Assembly (NCBI GenBank): GCA_963815215.1 | Contig: CAWFFU010000011.1 | Span: forward strand, 416,001-480,000 | Source of the DNA: an uncultured Trueperaceae bacterium | GTDB taxonomy: Bacteria; Deinococcota; Deinococci; Deinococcales; Trueperaceae | DNA length: 64,000 nucleotides | Reading direction: 5' to 3' | In this document: piece by piece, positions 59,382 through 64,000 of the stretch | Layout: every line of letters starts with the position of its first letter | Numbering within the stretch: the first letter of the stretch is position 1 | The notes under the pieces: model-generated | What the model was told of the DNA's origin: nothing | Seen by the model: only the letters and a program-made list of their open reading frames with translations | Databases searched by the model: none | Program-made: the position numbers and the translations under genes

Positions 59382-59966
59382 ATGAGCGAACCGAGCGCAC
59401 GCTCCGCTGACGTTCCCGCCCTCGCTACCGCCACCCTGGCGGGCGGTTGCTTCTGGTGTCTCGAGGCCGTGTACATCGAGCTGGACGGCGTTCGGAAGGT
59501 TGAGTCTGGGTACACCGGCGGTCACGTTGCGGCCCCCAGCTACCAACAGGTCTGCAGCGGCGCCACCGGCCACGCCGAGGCGGTGCGCATCCACTTCGAT
59601 CCCGGCGTCATCGGGTACCGCGATCTGTTGCGGGTGTTCTTCTCGATCCACGACCCCACCACCGCGGACCGCCAGGGCAACGACGTGGGCACGCAGTACC
59701 GCTCGGCGATCTTCTACCACGACGACGCGCAGCGTGCCGACGCCGAGGCGGTCATGCGCGAAGTCGAGGAAGCGGCCCTCTACGACGCTCCGCTGGTGAC
59801 CGAGCTCGAGCCTGCAGGCAGCTACTACCCGGCGGAGCCGTACCACCGCAACTTCTTCGCGCAGAACCCCGACCAGGCCTACTGCCGCGTCGTCATCGCC
59901 CCCAAGGTGGCGAAGTTCCGCAAGCAACACGTGGGCCGCTTGAAGCGACCCGTCCGCAGCGACTGA
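59382..59966 (+). CDS. msrA: Peptide-methionine (S)-S-oxide reductase
   Basis: GGCFWCLE, SGYTGG, GHAEAV, HDPT, QGNDVGTQYRS. Confidence 0.96.
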   Translation: MSEPSARSADVPALATATLAGGCFWCLEAVYIELDGVRKVESGYTGGHVAAPSYQQVCSGATGHAEAVRIHFDPGVIGYRDLLRVFFSIHDPTTADRQGNDVGTQYRSAIFYHDDAQRADAEAVMREVEEAALYDAPLVTELEPAGSYYPAEPYHRNFFAQNPDQAYCRVVIAPKVAKFRKQHVGRLKRPVRSD

Positions 59967-59991
59967 GCGCGCCGGTCCGAGCCGGGAGACG

Positions 59992-60023
59992 GGTGCGGGG
60001 CCTGCCGTGGCAGGCCCCGCACC
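59992..60023. terminator. Bidirectional hairpin between msrA and cytochrome b
   Basis: Perfect 15-bp arms GGTGCGGGGCCTGCC / GGCAGGCCCCGCACC. Confidence 0.75.
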
Positions 60024-60045
60024 TTCGTCGTGGATGCAGCGGCGG

Positions 60046-61308
60046 TCAATCGCCCGGGGTGGCGTCCGATCCCGGCCCGGAGGACTCGCGCGCGGAGGCC
60101 GGGTAGATGGCGCGCAGCACGCCGTAGGCGATGGCGCCGACCACGAGCGGCCCGCCGAGCACCAACAGCCACAGCAGCCCGGTGGTCAGCCCCAGGTCCT
60201 CCTTGTACGCACCTATGGTGGCGGCGATGAAGAACGTCAGCACGCCGAACACCGTCGCCGTACGCACGGGGTGCTCGCTCGGCAGCTCGATGTAGCGCAG
60301 CTTCTTCTCCGACGGCTGCAGCAGCGGGAACGCGAAGCCGAACAGGATGAGCACCGTCGGGATGAGCACGCCGATGAACTCGGGGCCCACGAACACGCCG
60401 AACACCTTGAAGTGCCACGCCGCCGGGATCATCTTCAGGAAGCCGTAGAGCCACAGGAAGTACCAGTCCGGCTTGACGTTGGGGGTGGCCGGCCCCGGAG
60501 GCCCGAAGTGCTCGATCGGGTTGGCGTTGAACAGGCCTCCGACGAGCGCCAGCACCGCCACCATGACGGCGAAGAGCACCCCCATGATGAGCGCCTGCTG
60601 CGGCCAGAACGGCACGCCGAGGATCTTGTTGGGCGCGATCTTCTCGGCGTACTTGGGCTGGGTGTGCTTCTGGAGGAACATGATCAGCACGTGCGCGCCG
60701 ATCAGCGCACCGATGACGAGCGGCAGCCACACCATGTGGATGGCGGTCAGGCGCGGGATCGAGTGCTCGGTCGGGAAGGTCCCGCCGAAGAAGAGCTGGG
60801 CGATCCAGCTCCCGATGATCGGGATCGACGAGGCGATCTCGTAGCCGACCTTGGTGGCGGTCGCGGAGAAGGCGTCGAAGGGCAGCGAGTAGCCTGTGAA
60901 GGCGGCCACCACTGCGAAGCTCAGCAGCGCCAGGCCGATCAGCCAGTTGATCTCGCGCGGCTTCTTGTACGCGCCCGTCAACAGGATCCGTATCATGTGC
61001 AGGAAGGCAGCCGCGATGAACACGCTGGCGGCCCAGTGGTGCATGCTGCGGATCACCAGCCCGAAGGGCAACGAGTCGATGAATTGCACCGAGGCGTAGG
61101 CGGCGGGGAGCTGCTTCGCACCTACCTGCACCATGCGGATGGATGGCTCGAAGTTGATCGACAGGAAGATACCGGTGAGCACCAGGATCACGAACGAGAA
61201 CATCGTGATCTCGCCGAGGAAGAACGAGTGGTGCACCGGGAACATCTTGCGGAAGAACTTCTTGTACATCCTGGACAGAGCCAGGCGCTCATCGAGCCAC
61301 TTACCCAT
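60046..61308 (-). CDS. fbcB: Cytochrome b of the bc complex
   Basis: WLDERL, RSMHHWAA, FLHMIR, GYSLP, AIHMVWLP, GAHVLI, Qo motif PDWY. Confidence 0.93.
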   Translation of the reverse strand: MGKWLDERLALSRMYKKFFRKMFPVHHSFFLGEITMFSFVILVLTGIFLSINFEPSIRMVQVGAKQLPAAYASVQFIDSLPFGLVIRSMHHWAASVFIAAAFLHMIRILLTGAYKKPREINWLIGLALLSFAVVAAFTGYSLPFDAFSATATKVGYEIASSIPIIGSWIAQLFFGGTFPTEHSIPRLTAIHMVWLPLVIGALIGAHVLIMFLQKHTQPKYAEKIAPNKILGVPFWPQQALIMGVLFAVMVAVLALVGGLFNANPIEHFGPPGPATPNVKPDWYFLWLYGFLKMIPAAWHFKVFGVFVGPEFIGVLIPTVLILFGFAFPLLQPSEKKLRYIELPSEHPVRTATVFGVLTFFIAATIGAYKEDLGLTTGLLWLLVLGGPLVVGAIAYGVLRAIYPASARESSGPGSDATPGD

Positions 61309-61320
61309 GATCCACCCCCG

Positions 61321-61998
61321 TCAGCTGCATCCGACGCTCGTCATGAATCCGCCGGCCACGGCCAGCTGACCGCCGGCGATCTTGAGCGGGATGAGCGGGA
61401 GCGGTCGGGGCGCCGGACCGCCCATGACCTTGCCGTCGGCGCGCGGGTCGAACTGGGAGTGGTGGCAGGGACACAGCATCCAGCCGTTCTTGGCGTCCCA
61501 GTCGCTCACCGTGCAGCACAGATGGGTGCACACGGCCGAGTATCCGACCACGCCCTGGGCGGCGTGCGGCGCCGTATCGGGGCCGAGCTGGGTCGGGTCG
61601 AAGCGGGCCAGCATGATCAGGTTGTTGTCGGTGCCGCTCTTCACCACGCCCGACTTGGGATCCTTCGGGTAGCACAGCGTCTGCTTGGCGTTCGTCTGGA
61701 CGTCGCTCGCCTGGACCAGCCTCTTCTGGTCGTCGGCGTACACCAGCACGTCGCCGTCGGCAGGCGGCTCCTGCTGGGGAGTGGTCTTGGCGATCGGCCG
61801 GAGGCTGCCGGTGACCGTCAGCGCCGACAGGCCGGTCACCGTCAGGGCGACGGTCACGCCGACGCTCGCCTGCAGGAAGCGGCGCCGCTGGATCAGGTTC
61901 TCGCGCTCATCGGCCTCGGGCGGCTCGACGATCACCGCGTCGCCGTTGCGCTCCGGGTCCCCCTGCGGGGCAGCCGTGCGCTCGTCATCGTTCGGCAT
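61321..61998 (-). CDS. fbcF: Rieske iron-sulfur subunit
   Basis: Tat motif RRRFL, CTHLCC and CPCHHS boxes, GPAPRPLP; ATG overlaps the upstream TAA. Confidence 0.92.
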   Translation of the reverse strand: MPNDDERTAAPQGDPERNGDAVIVEPPEADERENLIQRRRFLQASVGVTVALTVTGLSALTVTGSLRPIAKTTPQQEPPADGDVLVYADDQKRLVQASDVQTNAKQTLCYPKDPKSGVVKSGTDNNLIMLARFDPTQLGPDTAPHAAQGVVGYSAVCTHLCCTVSDWDAKNGWMLCPCHHSQFDPRADGKVMGGPAPRPLPLIPLKIAGGQLAVAGGFMTSVGCS

Positions 61999-62477
61999 TA
62001 CCAAGGCACCTCCGAATCCTCGGACTCGATGTGGACCTCATCGTCCTGGTAGTAGTTCTTGTACAGCATCAGCAGCCCCGCCACGCACAGGCTGATGGCG
62101 GCGAAGATGATGCCCTCCGCCGCCGGGTGGGTCTCCTGCGTCCTGAGGCTATGCACGATGGCCTGGACGAACAGCCCGGAGAGCGCGACGGCCAGCACCG
62201 AGAGCGCCATGCCCACCCACTGAGCGCGTCCGGGACGCGCCTTGTGCACGCCGGGCCGCAGCTCGGAGCCCTCGAGCCACACCGAGATGAAGCCGATCAC
62301 ACCGTAGACGAGGAAGACCATCCCCAGGCTGATGAGGCCGATCTGCCCCACCGACAGCGGTTGCGGCTTACCGCCCGACAGCGCGGTGATGTAGCGGCCG
62401 TCCATGTACGACATGAAGAACAGGGCCGCCGCGATGACGAGGGTGAAGAACGGGATCACGCGGTCGTTGCGATACAT
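61998..62477 (-). CDS. Four-TM hydrophobic subunit (FbcX-like)
   Basis: Four hydrophobic segments; position between cytochrome c and Rieske genes as in Thermus fbcCXFB. Confidence 0.75.
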   Translation of the reverse strand: MYRNDRVIPFFTLVIAAALFFMSYMDGRYITALSGGKPQPLSVGQIGLISLGMVFLVYGVIGFISVWLEGSELRPGVHKARPGRAQWVGMALSVLAVALSGLFVQAIVHSLRTQETHPAAEGIIFAAISLCVAGLLMLYKNYYQDDEVHIESEDSEVPW

Positions 62478-62546
62478 ATCACCACCCCTTCCCACGGCCG
62501 ACGACGCCCGAGCGCGAGTGTCGCCGGCGCCGCGGGCCCATGGCGA

Positions 62547-63851
62547 TCACTGCGCCGCCTTGGGCGCGGCCTGCGCCGCTTGGTCGACGCTGACGGGGCC
62601 GAAGCTGTTGCCCCAGCTGTTGCGGATGTAGGTGGCCACGTTCGCCAGGTCCTTGGCGGTGTAGCCCGGGTGCGACGGCATCGTTCCCTTGCCGTCGAAG
62701 ATCCGCTGCACCACGGCTGTGGCGTCGCTCAGGAAGTTGTTGCTGGCCAGCGCCGGGAAGGTCGGCGGCATACCCGCGCCGTTGGGCTGGTGGCAGCCCT
62801 GGCAGTCGGCGCTGTAGAGCTTCCCGCCGGCCTGCATCGCCTCCGATGCGGCGGCGGACGCCGTCGCAGGAGCGGCGCTCGCGGACGACCCGCTCGCGGA
62901 CGACCCGGTCGTGGACGTGGCGGTAGACGGGGCGGTGGACGACGGGGCGGTGGACGACGGGGCGGTGGACGACGCAGCGGACGCGGTCGTGGACGTGGCC
63001 TTGGCCGGCGCAGCCCCTCCGGAACTCGCCGCAGGCGCGGCAGCGGAAGCGTCGGCGACGCTCACGCCGCCGTAGGTGTTGCCCCAGGTGTTGCGGACGT
63101 AGGTGGCCACGGCCGCCAGTTGCGTGGCCGAGTACGAGTGGTGCGAAGGCATCGCTCCCGAACCGTCATAGATCCTCTTGACGACGGCCGAAGCATCGCT
63201 CAAGAAGCTGTTGCCGGCCAGCGCCGGGAAGGTAGGGGGCATGCCTTCACCGCTCGGCTTGTGGCAGCTCGCGCAATCCGAGGTGTAGAGCTGCTCCCCG
63301 GACTTCAGGAGGGCCTGATCGACCGGCGGTCCGGCGACCTGGGCGCCGGCCGACGCCGCACTCGGCGCCGGCACCAGGCTGCTGTAGATGGGCACGATCA
63401 TGAAGAACACCCAGATGCCGCCGAGGATGAGCACGGTGGCGAGCACGTAGAGCCAGGTCGCGGGACCCCGTACCGGGGCCGCGCCAGACGCGGGCGCGGA
63501 CGCCGCAGCAGACGCCGCAGCAGACGCCACTGCGGACGCCACTGCGGACGCCGCGGCGGGCGCCACCACATCGATGTCGACGCGGCCCGTCACGGTGGCG
63601 CCGGGCTCGAGCCCCCGCACCTCCAAGCCGGGTCCGCGCTCGACGGTGAAGGGGATGGTTCGCTCACGCCTGCGCCCGCCGGCGTCGACGCGCACCAGGC
63701 GCAGCGTGTGGTCCCCTTCCTCCAGCGCCGCCGTGTCGAGCTTGAAGCGGAAGGGCGGCGCGACCAGGACCTGCACCGCTTCCGCCCGACCGTCGAGGTA
63801 CACCTCGACGCGGACGGCCGCGTCGGACGAACTGGAGCCTTGTCCACTCAC
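62547..63851 (-). CDS. Membrane-anchored diheme cytochrome c (FbcC-like) with N-terminal Ig-like domain
   Basis: CASCH and CQGCH, each followed by MPSH; central TM; GTG start after GGAGG; N-terminal APPFRFKLDTAALEEGDHTLRL. Confidence 0.88.
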   Translation of the reverse strand: MSGQGSSSSDAAVRVEVYLDGRAEAVQVLVAPPFRFKLDTAALEEGDHTLRLVRVDAGGRRRERTIPFTVERGPGLEVRGLEPGATVTGRVDIDVVAPAAASAVASAVASAAASAAASAPASGAAPVRGPATWLYVLATVLILGGIWVFFMIVPIYSSLVPAPSAASAGAQVAGPPVDQALLKSGEQLYTSDCASCHKPSGEGMPPTFPALAGNSFLSDASAVVKRIYDGSGAMPSHHSYSATQLAAVATYVRNTWGNTYGGVSVADASAAAPAASSGGAAPAKATSTTASAASSTAPSSTAPSSTAPSTATSTTGSSASGSSASAAPATASAAASEAMQAGGKLYSADCQGCHQPNGAGMPPTFPALASNNFLSDATAVVQRIFDGKGTMPSHPGYTAKDLANVATYIRNSWGNSFGPVSVDQAAQAAPKAAQ

Positions 63852-64000
63852 GACAGATTTCCTCCCAACGCTGAAAGCTTGCGCGTCAGCAAGTTCTCGT
63901 TTCCCGGGCACCCCGGCACGGCCGGACCGGCGACCCCACGTGGGCCCCGCGGCAGCTGCCACGGCCGCCGGGGCACGGCCCGCACCGTAACGCGGCGCCG

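Noticed and set aside
60007..62052. Long antisense or alternative-frame ORFs (e.g. 681 aa here, 58032..59351, 19183..20562, 39097..40407)
   Set aside because: Shadow frames of well-supported genes, expected in high-GC DNA; Arg/Pro/Gly-rich with no motifs.
1..64000. CRISPR array, rRNA, intact tRNA, integrase or transposase
   Set aside because: No regularly spaced repeat-spacer array or recognisable motifs were seen; the repeats found are intragenic coding repeats.

Overview
High-GC bacterial chromosome segment, probably Deinococcota. This is inferred from a Thermus-type four-gene cytochrome bc operon (diheme cyt c, FbcX-like, Rieske, cyt b with PDWY), paired TolC-like genes and several leaderless genes with a TANNNT box 5-7 nt before the start. 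The left ~38 kb is accessory and catabolic. It holds a beta-propeller lipoprotein, a TetR/esterase pair and three sugar ABC clusters: LacI polyol cluster; CUT1 ABC plus SGNH esterase; GntR cluster with two tandem phosphotriesterase-like genes, BtpA and PfkB. It also holds a degenerate 3' half of tRNA-Lys (likely att scar), a diverged copy of a gene's 3' end, and a broken CDC-like (thiol-activated cytolysin) lipoprotein with a LamG domain next to a CPBP protease. The right part has a BaeRS-like two-component system with a MacAB/two-TolC efflux operon sharing phased CA(A/C)AC promoter boxes, an uncharacterised three-gene helical/membrane operon (DUF6384-type), Fpg/Nei, ppsR-ppsA, msrA and the bc operon. 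Three single-base frameshifts all fall on GGTCC, which suggests methylation-linked sequencing errors. No CRISPR array, rRNA, intact tRNA, integrase or transposase was seen. All family calls come from motif recognition by eye; no searches were run.
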